Source: Anaerolineales bacterium (GTDB taxonomy: Bacteria; Chloroflexota; Anaerolineae; Anaerolineales; Villigracilaceae). From it: 64,000 bases of DNA. The stretch spans positions 2,418,714-2,482,713 of the forward strand of contig CP129480.1 of NCBI GenBank assembly GCA_030583885.1, read 5' to 3'. The notes beneath the pieces were generated by a model. That model saw only the letters and a program-made list of their open reading frames with translations, had not been told where the DNA came from and made no database searches. Shown here piece after piece: positions 33,830-42,938 of this stretch (positions are counted from its first letter, which is position 1; every line of letters begins with the position of its first letter). The position numbers were made by a program, and so were the translations under genes.

Positions 33830-36202
33830 TTAAGCTTTCAGATTTTGGTTGTGAACAATTTCCAGCAATTCTTTTACCGAAGACACTAATTGTTCCATTT
33901 CGTATAAAGACAAAGTTCTTGAATGAGCAATACTGTTTCTAGCCTTGACTATTAAAGACGATTTTGCCAACAAAGCATTTCTATCACCAAATATTTCATT
34001 GAAGAAACGATCCCAATTATCGCTTGACAAGATAATCTTAAACAATTCACCTAAAGAAAACACACTCAACCTTTCCCCCACATTTTCCATATTTCCTATC
34101 CTATATTTCGCCTTAAAATAAAGATCCTGAGGAACTCCTTGCTGCCACCAATCTTTCTTATTAAATTGGTTTGAAATCAAATGCCGAAGTTCGTTTTCAA
34201 ACAAGAACAAAAGTCTAAACGCTTCGCCATGATCGTAATCTGTCGTAGGCAAAGAAATGATCCTTTCATATTCTTGAGCAAAATCCTCGATTGTTGTTTC
34301 GCTTATGTTTATAGCTAGATTAGCCATCTGCATTGGTGACTTATCTGTGTATCGGAGTTCCCTCCCGCAAACGATCACAGTAATTTTTGGGTTCGTTGAA
34401 AAAACAGGGTCAAAAACCTGAATAAACTGGTCATCGAAAATATCGCGTGCGCTACTTGGCATAGCATCATACTCGTCAAGCATTATTAACAGTTGCCTAT
34501 TCTTAATCGCAAAGGTAGCTTCACTCAAGAATTTAATGAAATTTAATATACTAAAGTTGTTTTCATCAAATTGAAAACGCACTTGAAATCCCTTTTGACT
34601 TAATTCCTGCGAAATTCTCCGACCTAATTCAATCATCCAGTTAACAAGCTCTGGAGCAACATATTTCAATATTCCATCCATCCTTACGTACACTGCAACA
34701 AAATCCCCAGACTCAGTATTCTCCAAAACTCGAAGTAAGGTAGTCTTTCCTGATCCTGGCATTCCCTTTATAGAGATAAGGAACTCATTTTGCCTAATCG
34801 CTTTAATAACATTACTCAATATCGCTTTTTGCTTATCACTAATTACAATGTCGCCTATCTCTGAAGACGACAATCCTCTTGTGGTTGCTTTTGACTGTGC
34901 ATCATCTGTAAATGATGATTTGAAAGAACCTAGGGATGTAGCTGTAGACAAGAAAATATATTCATGCAAATCTGCATCTGTAACTGAAGGCGCAGTGCGG
35001 AGTAACTCTTGTAGGCGATTGTCAATATGGAAAATCTTCTCGAACTCGATGTCGTCAGGGGATTTCTCAACCCCTTTTTCTGACATTGCTATATTCTGAG
35101 CGCGAGTGAACACGGTCACGTCTTTAAGCGTTGCCTGCCAAAACTCTTTCCATGCCAATGCTATGCAAGACATTTTTACAAGGTTTTCGGGTTTTAGTAA
35201 TAATTTTCTGGTTTTTACTAATTGCGTTTTTATTGTTAAATCGCTCAAAAACCTCTTGAGTTTTCTTGGGTTTCGTTCAATAGTTGTTGCAATTAGCCGA
35301 CGTATTTCCAGAGAATCAACACTCAACCCAAAATTTTTTATGAACTTTTCTGCATCTTCGACTCTTATTGGCGGGATAGCAAACGAGAATTGAACTATCT
35401 TTGCTAAGTATTCGTCGACGTGAATTCCGCTCTTATTATCATATTTTTCCAAAAGTCCCTGATTTATTAATCGAGTATCACAAGCGACAACATAAACACA
35501 TCCTGTTGCATCCAAAAAAGATTTTAGCGCTTCAAGCACGTCTAATGAACGAACTGGTACGCATCTATCTAAATCGTCAATAAGAATAACAATTCGCTCA
35601 TCACCACTAATATGTTTACTCACAAGTTGCTTGTAATATTCTTCAAATTGCTCAATTGATGAAATTCTTTCTCGGCTTTGTTGTATTTTTCTGCGGGTAA
35701 AAGCATCAGACACTTGATCGAGAAAACTTGCATTTGCAAACGCATTGGCGATTCCAGGTATCAAAAATAAAGGCGCAACTAAGAACGCAGCGCCTTTCAT
35801 CAGTGTTTTTCCAATTTCAATCCAATCAATTTGAACTTGTCCAAGTTTTTCTGTTGACACAGCCTCATACAATTTCAAAGTCGTATCGTCTATTTCTTTT
35901 TGTCCAGTGTTTAGTCCGCGAACAATGCTCAGAATCAATGCTCTCCAAAGTGCTTCTTCTTTGTCGTATTTCCAAGCATTAAACCAAATTGTCTTGATTC
36001 CCTTCTTCTGGAGAAGTTCTTCAATCATAAGCATAAGACTTGTTTTGCCGCTGCCCCATTCGCCAAAAATTCCAATGGTTGAAGGTGTCTCACTATTCGT
36101 GATGACATTTGCCAGCAAATTGGAATAGTCCTTAAAATTCAACAAGTCTTTGCGCGCGGGCTTGTCAGAAAAAATAGCAAGTAAATCTTTTTTCTTTGCC
36201 AT
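33830..36202 (-). CDS. KAP-family P-loop NTPase plus second P-loop NTPase plus C-terminal HEPN (Swt1-like) domain protein
   Basis: GEWGSGKT, ILIDDLDRC, YLAKIVQ, NPRKLKRF (KAP); GMPGSGKT, LIMLDEYD (second NTPase); FENELRHLI...RNSIAH (HEPN RxxxxH). Confidence 0.85.
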   Translation of the reverse strand: MAKKKDLLAIFSDKPARKDLLNFKDYSNLLANVITNSETPSTIGIFGEWGSGKTSLMLMIEELLQKKGIKTIWFNAWKYDKEEALWRALILSIVRGLNTGQKEIDDTTLKLYEAVSTEKLGQVQIDWIEIGKTLMKGAAFLVAPLFLIPGIANAFANASFLDQVSDAFTRRKIQQSRERISSIEQFEEYYKQLVSKHISGDERIVILIDDLDRCVPVRSLDVLEALKSFLDATGCVYVVACDTRLINQGLLEKYDNKSGIHVDEYLAKIVQFSFAIPPIRVEDAEKFIKNFGLSVDSLEIRRLIATTIERNPRKLKRFLSDLTIKTQLVKTRKLLLKPENLVKMSCIALAWKEFWQATLKDVTVFTRAQNIAMSEKGVEKSPDDIEFEKIFHIDNRLQELLRTAPSVTDADLHEYIFLSTATSLGSFKSSFTDDAQSKATTRGLSSSEIGDIVISDKQKAILSNVIKAIRQNEFLISIKGMPGSGKTTLLRVLENTESGDFVAVYVRMDGILKYVAPELVNWMIELGRRISQELSQKGFQVRFQFDENNFSILNFIKFLSEATFAIKNRQLLIMLDEYDAMPSSARDIFDDQFIQVFDPVFSTNPKITVIVCGRELRYTDKSPMQMANLAINISETTIEDFAQEYERIISLPTTDYDHGEAFRLLFLFENELRHLISNQFNKKDWWQQGVPQDLYFKAKYRIGNMENVGERLSVFSLGELFKIILSSDNWDRFFNEIFGDRNALLAKSSLIVKARNSIAHSRTLSLYEMEQLVSSVKELLEIVHNQNLKA

Positions 36203-36217
36203 AAAAACCTTCCCGAA

Positions 36218-38962
36218 TTAGACTTCCAACCGATTTGCAAAGGCAACGATCTCACTAACTTCATTTTCTGTAAACCAGCGTTCCACTGCATCTTGACCAA
36301 ATCCAACTATAGCAGGCGCATCATATAGGTCAGCGGTTTCGAGATGGCGCTTCTGCAAGAATACACTTTGCACGGCACGCAAAAAGCGAATTTGGTCGGC
36401 GTTGTACGCTGGCGAGTGCTGGGTCACGTAGGCTTCAAACTGCCGCGCCACCAAATCCTTGTAATCGGGCAGGTACTGCATGTCCAGCACCTGGCGCACC
36501 AAGCCGAGAAAACTATCGGCGGTATGAGCAAAGACCTTCTTCAAGTTTTCGGGCGTCACTTCCAGATCGCCTTCGCCTAGTTCCTTGGTCAGCGTGCGCT
36601 CCAGTTCGAGCAGTTGCCAGTCGTCAATCTTTTGTCCCTGCTGAATGGCTTTAATTGTCGGGTGGTTGGTAACCAGTTCCAAAATGCGGGCTTCCACCAA
36701 GCGACGGTATTCCGCCACGTACATTTTCTCTCCGCTTTTGGTGAGCAAAATGTAGCCACTGATGGCGATGGAATCCAGTAAATCGAGTTCAAGGAAAGAG
36801 TCATAACGCATTTTGTTTTTCATACACGGTGAAAGAACATCTCGAAGCAAATTCAATTCGTTGTTCGAGAATTCAACCAGTTTTTCAGGGACACACATGC
36901 TCTTTGCTTTGATTTCACCGTCAGACAAAATTGTGTCGCGTAAACTCTGCGCATCTTCCACAATGGATTGAATGGTTCCACTGGCTTCCTTGCCCGTGCG
37001 CTTGAGCAGCTTCAAGCGTTCCACTTTACTGATGAAGGTCGCCGCGGCAACGTCCACGCCAGGGACGAGCCTCAGGTGCGGGGCGACTTTCAATTTCAGG
37101 AATTCGATCTTGCTGGGAATTAAATAGTCCCAGAAGGCATCTGTCCATGCTTCTTCGATCTCTGGCATGTGCTTGCGAATGGTAAAAGAGTCAGTTGGGA
37201 TTTGTTGAATCTGATCGCGCAGGTCTGCAATCACTTGTTTGCAATCGGGGTCTTTCTGGTCTTTGAAATAGGTCTCTAGCAGTTTCAAGCGTGTATTGAA
37301 GATTGTCACCAACACAGGCGTGGATACATCAACAACTTCCTTGGCGTCTCGGCTGAAGTTATTCTCCCAAAAATCAATGATGAGAAAATCCTTCTTCTCG
37401 AAGTTCGGCAGTAAAGCCAAGTTACGACACGCCGCCTGAACCCGCGTCCCACGCCCAATCATCTGCTGTAACTTGATCGGCGATTGCACAGGCTTCATGA
37501 ACACGAGATTGACCACTTCGGGAACGTCAATACCCGTATCGAGCATGTCCACAGAAATGGCAAGGCGCGGCTCGTCCTTCTTCTTGAACGCATCCACCAG
37601 CGTGCCGCGATATTCTGATTTATGCGTGATGACCTTAGTCAAATTCGGGAACTGCGGATACATCTCATCAAAGGCAGCCTGCAAGCGCAGGGCATGCGGT
37701 TGTGTCATTGCAAAGACAATCGTCTTGCCAGGCAACTGCCCCGAAGAGTCTTTCTTGCACACTTCCCAAATTTCTTCCCATTGTTTGCGCAGCGTGTCGC
37801 GGTTGCTGACTTCCCTTTCCAGCTCCGTGCCTTCGTAGTTAATGTCGTCGGGGTCAAGTCCCTTTTCGATCAGGGCGTTGCGCTCTTCCTCGGTCAAGTC
37901 CACGCCATGAATGCCCTGCCGCTGGAACTTGGTCCGCGCCGCGTAGAGTTCATAGTCCACGAGATATTTGTCTTCGATGGCTTGTTCGTAGGTGTAGAGA
38001 TAGGTCGGCTTGCCTTCCGTGCAATCGAAGGCAAGGAAGGTATCGCGGTTGATGTAATTGGCGGGCGTGGCGGTCAGTCCCACCTGACGGGCGTCGAAAT
38101 ACTCAAGTACTTCGTTGAACTTGTTGTAGATCGAGCGATGGACTTCATCGAAGACGATCAAGTCAAAGAAGGCGGGAGAGAACTGCTCGAAGATATTGCT
38201 CAGCGTTTGGAGTGTTACCGCGTACAAGCGCTGCGTGCGCGCATTCGGGTCGTCCCAACTATGTAGGCGGGTACAGGGTTCATTGGGAATGAATTTCTCG
38301 AAGCCATCATCCTTTGCCTGCTCAACGAGTGCATCGCGGTCAGCCACGAATAAAATCCGCCGTGCCTGATTGGAGCGCATGAACACATCGATCAAGCCCA
38401 TCGTGGTGCGCGTCTTGCCTGTCCCTGTTGCCATGACGATCAAGGCTTTGCGTTTTCCGTTTGTGAATGCCTCTCCCACGCGGCGGATGGCTTCGTGCTG
38501 GTAGGAACGGTCAACGATCTTGTTGTTAATTTCAACAGAACTGAGCGGCTTTGCATTCTGGCGAATGTATAGCAGGTTTTCCAGATCTTCCCGCGTGAAG
38601 AAGCCGAACACTTCACGCTTTGCTGAAATGCCGACATCTACAAAATAGATTTCCAATCCATTAACCAGAAAGCCAAATGGACGGAAACTTTGATGCTTCT
38701 CGATCTCGGTCACGTAATAGGTGAGTTGTGCTTCCGCCAGGCGAACATCAATAACTGTTTTCTTGGCTTCCACGACCGCCAACACTTCCCCATTTTCGCG
38801 GTACAAGCAGTAATCTGAAACCCCGTTCCACGGCTCTTTATCATAACCATCCACAGGGATTTCGATCTTCACCTTGGAATGATCGCGTAGATACCAACCC
38901 GCCTGTTCCAGCTGCGGGTCGATCATTTCCTTGCGGGTGCGATCTTCGGAAATCTTTCGCAA
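36218..38962 (-). CDS. hsdR: Type I restriction endonuclease subunit R (EcoEI-like C-terminus)
   Basis: SDYCL...VVEAKK nuclease motif, MATGTGKT, DEVHRS, GLTATP, VDMLDTGIDVP, QMIGRGTR. Confidence 0.95.
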   Translation of the reverse strand: MRKISEDRTRKEMIDPQLEQAGWYLRDHSKVKIEIPVDGYDKEPWNGVSDYCLYRENGEVLAVVEAKKTVIDVRLAEAQLTYYVTEIEKHQSFRPFGFLVNGLEIYFVDVGISAKREVFGFFTREDLENLLYIRQNAKPLSSVEINNKIVDRSYQHEAIRRVGEAFTNGKRKALIVMATGTGKTRTTMGLIDVFMRSNQARRILFVADRDALVEQAKDDGFEKFIPNEPCTRLHSWDDPNARTQRLYAVTLQTLSNIFEQFSPAFFDLIVFDEVHRSIYNKFNEVLEYFDARQVGLTATPANYINRDTFLAFDCTEGKPTYLYTYEQAIEDKYLVDYELYAARTKFQRQGIHGVDLTEEERNALIEKGLDPDDINYEGTELEREVSNRDTLRKQWEEIWEVCKKDSSGQLPGKTIVFAMTQPHALRLQAAFDEMYPQFPNLTKVITHKSEYRGTLVDAFKKKDEPRLAISVDMLDTGIDVPEVVNLVFMKPVQSPIKLQQMIGRGTRVQAACRNLALLPNFEKKDFLIIDFWENNFSRDAKEVVDVSTPVLVTIFNTRLKLLETYFKDQKDPDCKQVIADLRDQIQQIPTDSFTIRKHMPEIEEAWTDAFWDYLIPSKIEFLKLKVAPHLRLVPGVDVAAATFISKVERLKLLKRTGKEASGTIQSIVEDAQSLRDTILSDGEIKAKSMCVPEKLVEFSNNELNLLRDVLSPCMKNKMRYDSFLELDLLDSIAISGYILLTKSGEKMYVAEYRRLVEARILELVTNHPTIKAIQQGQKIDDWQLLELERTLTKELGEGDLEVTPENLKKVFAHTADSFLGLVRQVLDMQYLPDYKDLVARQFEAYVTQHSPAYNADQIRFLRAVQSVFLQKRHLETADLYDAPAIVGFGQDAVERWFTENEVSEIVAFANRLEV

Positions 38963-39006
38963 AGTCCCACCTCATGTTTGGGATTTTCCAATTATACGGT
39001 GAAAAT

Positions 39007-41949
39007 TTATATTTTAAGAGTTGCATTGCCCTTTCGCATCACGTCCCTCACCACCAGCAGCGGATGCCGCGCCTCGACTCCCGCGCCATGTTGAATCTGC
39101 AACCGGCACGCCGCGCCGCTGGATACCAATCCACTATTCACTATTCCCTGCTCTCTTATTTTCGGAAACACGCCCAGCTCCCCCACCCGCATCGAAAGCT
39201 CGTAATGTTCGGCGTCGTATCCGAACGTGCCGGCCATGCCGCAGCAACCGGCATCGATCACCTCCACATCGAAGCCGAATACTTTGAGCATTTCAACGGT
39301 GGCGGAAACGCCGGAAGGCAAGCCGTCGTCCGCAGGTCCCTCTGCGCGTTGGTGGCAGTGCGGATGGAAGGTCAGTTTTTGGGCAACATTACTTGCTTTT
39401 GGAATATCTAAACCTGATCTGGCTACACGCAAGACAAATTCGTCCAATAACCAAACCCGCTGTGCGATGGATTGGATTTCTTCGCGGCGACCCGGCAGCA
39501 GGGATTTGTACTCGTGCTTGAGGCAATACACCTCGGGCGGTTCGCATCCGACTACGGGGATGCCGGCTTCGCCACCCAATCTTTTTATTTCGCCCAACAC
39601 GTTTTCCGCATGCCGCTGCGCGGCTGGGATGAATCCCTTCGAGAGCAATGACGCCCCCGCCCCGATCACGGGCAGGATCATCACTTCATAACCGAGTTTG
39701 TTCAAGATGAAAACGGCGGCTTCTTCCACTTCGGATTCGATGTAATGAGAAAAAACGTCCGAGAGAAAAATGACCGATTTTGAGTGACCAGTTTGCAGGT
39801 CGGGCTTGAGGCGCGATCCCGCAAATCGGGGAAACGGTCTTTGTTCCGCGAGTCCCAAAGTCCGCGCGATCAACGTCCGCGACCAACCCATCCGCATAAA
39901 CCAATTCGCCAGCGGGGCAATGGGACTCAGCCACTTCGCCACGATGTGAAAATATCCGAACAGATAATCGCGCAGCGGACGGCGATGCGTTTTGAAATAC
40001 TCATTCATGAATTCATATTTCAACTTCGGCATATCCACGCCGCTCGGACATTCCGACGTGCAGCCTTTGCAGGCGAGGCAGAGATCGAGCGTTTGAAATA
40101 CAGCGGGTTCAAGTTCATTCGATGTCATCAAGCCACGAAGTAAATTCGCCCGCCCCCGTGTACTCAATCCTTCCTCCCGCGTTGCCTGAAAGGACGGACA
40201 CATCACACCTGTGGATTTCCTGCAAACACCCTGTCCATTGCAGGACTCGATCGCACCGGCAAGTCCGCGTTCGTGCTCAAAATGTAAAACTGGCTTCCAA
40301 ACTTGCGGTTTGAAATGTGGATCATAGCGCAAATGCGTGTCCATCGGTGGGGCATCGAACATCTTTTTCGGGTTCAAAATGTTATGCGGGTCGGCGGCAC
40401 GTTTCAGAAGACGCATGGCTCCGGACACTTCATTTCCATACGTGCGCTCAATGTATTCGCCGCGCGCCAAACCGTCACCGTGCTCGCTGCTCATCGAGCC
40501 GCCCAGACTCATGGTCAGCGCAAAGACCTGCCCGCTGATACTCCGCATGGCGCGCACACCTTCACTGCGCTGTACGTCCAACACAGGGCGGATGTGCAAA
40601 CAGCCCGCCGACGCGTGCGCGTACATCCCGCCATAGGTGCCGTGCGCATCCAAAATCCGCTCCACTTCACGGACGAAATCGCCCAGCTTCTCAACAGGAA
40701 TCGCGCAATCTTCGATGAACGCCAGCGGCCGCGCAGACTGCGGACGCGAATCCAAAATTCCCAATCCCACCTTGCGGATGTTCCAAATGCGGGCCTGCTC
40801 TTCGGGGAATTCTGCAATGGTCAATAATCTACTGGTGGTCGAGATTTCGTCGAGACCACGTACTTGTTCCTTCAATTTCTGCGGTTCGCTCCCGCTGAAT
40901 TCGACCACCAACACCGCGGCGGGATCCCCGGCCACCCAGCCCATCTGACGCGCATACGCGGGGATACTGCGCGCCAGGTGCAGAATCATCTGCGGGATCA
41001 ACTCCACTGCACTGGGGTTGAACTCCAGCAAACGTGGCACATCATCGCAGGCTTCAGCGATGGAGTCGTAGGAAAGCACGCCCAACATAGTCTGCTTCAG
41101 CCTGGGAACGAGATTCACTTTCATGCGGCGGCTGACAGCCAGCGTGCCTTCACTGCCTGCAAGCAGGGGTGCCAGGTTCCAGCTATCAGGCTTGCCCTGA
41201 GCAGCGTCGAAGGGTGCCAGGTTGGCCGGGTAATTCTCTCCAATCCACTGCGGCGGCATGGAGGGACTCCACGGCAAAAGATAATTGATGCGATACCCCG
41301 CCGAGTTGCGCCAGGATCTGGGGTAGTTCCGTTTGATGGCTTGGGCGTAGTTTTCGCGAATTCGGTGAATGGTTTCATGGATCATGGTCAAGCGTTCATT
41401 ACCATTTTCCATTTTCCATTCACCAAATACCGCCAGACTCCCATCTCCAAGAATCACATCCGCTTCGAGCAAATGATCCGCGGACATGCCATAGAGGATC
41501 GAGTGCGCGCCTGTGGCATTGTTGCCGATCACACCGCCCATTGTGGCACGTTCCGCGGAAGCTGGGTCGGGACCGAAGGTCAGTCCATGCTTGGCGGCGG
41601 CGCGGTTCAAATTCGAAAGAATCACGCCAGGCTCTACAACCGCGTAATGTTCTTCGGGATTAATTTCGACGATGGAATCAAGCCATCGCGAGCAATCCAG
41701 GATCAACGCTTCGCCGATGGCTTGCCCCGCAAGCGATGATCCCGACCCGCGTGGGAGAATCGGGATCTTGTATTTGGCGGCAAGTTCAACCGCAGCGTGT
41801 AAGTCCTCTTGCGTTTTGGGGATGGCAACTCCCAGCGGCTCGATCTGGTAGATCGAAGCATCCGTGGCGTATAGAACTTTTGAAGCAGAGTCAAGCCGAA
41901 GATCGCCAGTGAAGCGTTTTTTTAGTTCATTTAGAAAATCAGGATTCAT
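39007..41949 (-). CDS. FAD-linked oxidoreductase with Fe-S and CCG domains (GlcD/GlcF/YdiJ-like)
   Basis: YATDASIY, PRGSGSSLAGQ, GSEGTL, EHGDG, CNGQG.CR...MCPS, CLACKGC..ECPSGVD, CCGMAG. Confidence 0.92.
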   Translation of the reverse strand: MNPDFLNELKKRFTGDLRLDSASKVLYATDASIYQIEPLGVAIPKTQEDLHAAVELAAKYKIPILPRGSGSSLAGQAIGEALILDCSRWLDSIVEINPEEHYAVVEPGVILSNLNRAAAKHGLTFGPDPASAERATMGGVIGNNATGAHSILYGMSADHLLEADVILGDGSLAVFGEWKMENGNERLTMIHETIHRIRENYAQAIKRNYPRSWRNSAGYRINYLLPWSPSMPPQWIGENYPANLAPFDAAQGKPDSWNLAPLLAGSEGTLAVSRRMKVNLVPRLKQTMLGVLSYDSIAEACDDVPRLLEFNPSAVELIPQMILHLARSIPAYARQMGWVAGDPAAVLVVEFSGSEPQKLKEQVRGLDEISTTSRLLTIAEFPEEQARIWNIRKVGLGILDSRPQSARPLAFIEDCAIPVEKLGDFVREVERILDAHGTYGGMYAHASAGCLHIRPVLDVQRSEGVRAMRSISGQVFALTMSLGGSMSSEHGDGLARGEYIERTYGNEVSGAMRLLKRAADPHNILNPKKMFDAPPMDTHLRYDPHFKPQVWKPVLHFEHERGLAGAIESCNGQGVCRKSTGVMCPSFQATREEGLSTRGRANLLRGLMTSNELEPAVFQTLDLCLACKGCTSECPSGVDMPKLKYEFMNEYFKTHRRPLRDYLFGYFHIVAKWLSPIAPLANWFMRMGWSRTLIARTLGLAEQRPFPRFAGSRLKPDLQTGHSKSVIFLSDVFSHYIESEVEEAAVFILNKLGYEVMILPVIGAGASLLSKGFIPAAQRHAENVLGEIKRLGGEAGIPVVGCEPPEVYCLKHEYKSLLPGRREEIQSIAQRVWLLDEFVLRVARSGLDIPKASNVAQKLTFHPHCHQRAEGPADDGLPSGVSATVEMLKVFGFDVEVIDAGCCGMAGTFGYDAEHYELSMRVGELGVFPKIREQGIVNSGLVSSGAACRLQIQHGAGVEARHPLLVVRDVMRKGNATLKI

Positions 41950-41972
41950 GCCGAGATTCTACTCTTTAAATG

Positions 41973-42008
41973 ACAAAGGACACGAGAGAAAACCTTCGTG
42001 CCCTTTGT
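41973..42008. repeat. Short palindromic element/terminator between gpmA and the oxidoreductase
   Basis: ACAAAGGACACGA...TCGTGCCCTTTGT imperfect inverted repeat. Confidence 0.5.
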
Positions 42009-42027
42009 GTCCGTCGTGTTTGAAAAC

Positions 42028-42774
42028 TTACTTCACCTTTGCCTGATTCGCCACCGCCGCGGCTTTCTTTGCGGCTTCTTCGGGGTCGCCGAGATAATAT
42101 TTCCGAATCGGTTTCAGATTTTTATCCAGTTCATAAACGAGCGGCAAACCAGTTGGGATGTTCAACTCGACAATATCGGCTTCGGACATGTCATCGAGAA
42201 ACTTGACCAGCGCGCGGATGGAATTGCCATGCGCCACGATCATTATGCGCCTGCCTGATTTGATATCAGGTGCAAGCGTGGAATGCCAGTATGGCAAAAC
42301 CCGCTCCAGCGTGATCTTCAGCGACTCGGTGGCCGGCAATTGTTCGGGAGTCAGCGAAGCGTAGCGGCGGTCGAATTTGGGATGACGTTCATCGGTCAAT
42401 TCCAGCGCGGGCGGCGGAACGTCATAACTGCGCCGCCAGATCTTCACCTGCTCGTCGCCGTATTCCTTGGCGGTCTCGGCTTTGTTCAAGCCCTGTAACG
42501 CGCCGTAATGACGTTCGTTCAACTGCCAGGCACGTACGACAGGCAGCCAGTCCCGATCCATCCCATCCTGAATGATGTTCAGGGTTTTGATGGCGCGCTT
42601 CAACACCGAGGTGTATGCGATGTCAAAATCATATCCACCATCTTTCAGTAGCTTCCCCGCTTCGGCAGCTTCGACTCTGCCGAGATCGGTCAGGTCGACA
42701 TCCGTCCAGCCGGTGAAGCGGTTTTCGAGATTCCATGTGCTTTGTCCATGTCGGACGAGAACGAGTTTATACAT
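42028..42774 (-). CDS. gpmA: 2,3-bisphosphoglycerate-dependent phosphoglycerate mutase
   Basis: [50 protein letters not shown]. Confidence 0.96.
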   Translation of the reverse strand: MYKLVLVRHGQSTWNLENRFTGWTDVDLTDLGRVEAAEAGKLLKDGGYDFDIAYTSVLKRAIKTLNIIQDGMDRDWLPVVRAWQLNERHYGALQGLNKAETAKEYGDEQVKIWRRSYDVPPPALELTDERHPKFDRRYASLTPEQLPATESLKITLERVLPYWHSTLAPDIKSGRRIMIVAHGNSIRALVKFLDDMSEADIVELNIPTGLPLVYELDKNLKPIRKYYLGDPEEAAKKAAAVANQAKVK

Positions 42775-42787
42775 CGTATGCTCCTAT

Positions 42788-42893
42788 GTCACTGCGAGCG
42801 TTCGTAGCAAAGCAGTCTCCAATTAACATGAGATTGCTTCGGCGGAAACTCACCGCCTCGCAACATTTGCGCCGCACGCCAGTGCGGTCTGAC
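42788..42893. repeat. REP-like element of the GTCA...TGAC family with a 26-nt insertion in its right arm
   Basis: GTCACTGCGAG...AAGCAGTCTC/GAGATTGCTT...CTCGCAA[26 nt]TGAC. Confidence 0.65.
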
Positions 42894-42938
42894 ATGAGAT
42901 TATAGCCCAAGTCATTCGGTCGTAGTAAAATCACCCCT

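Noticed and set aside
30544-39006. RM region as an integrative element or prophage
   Set aside because: No integrase, tRNA or att-like flanking direct repeats were found; hsdM and hsdR are only moderately atypical in composition.
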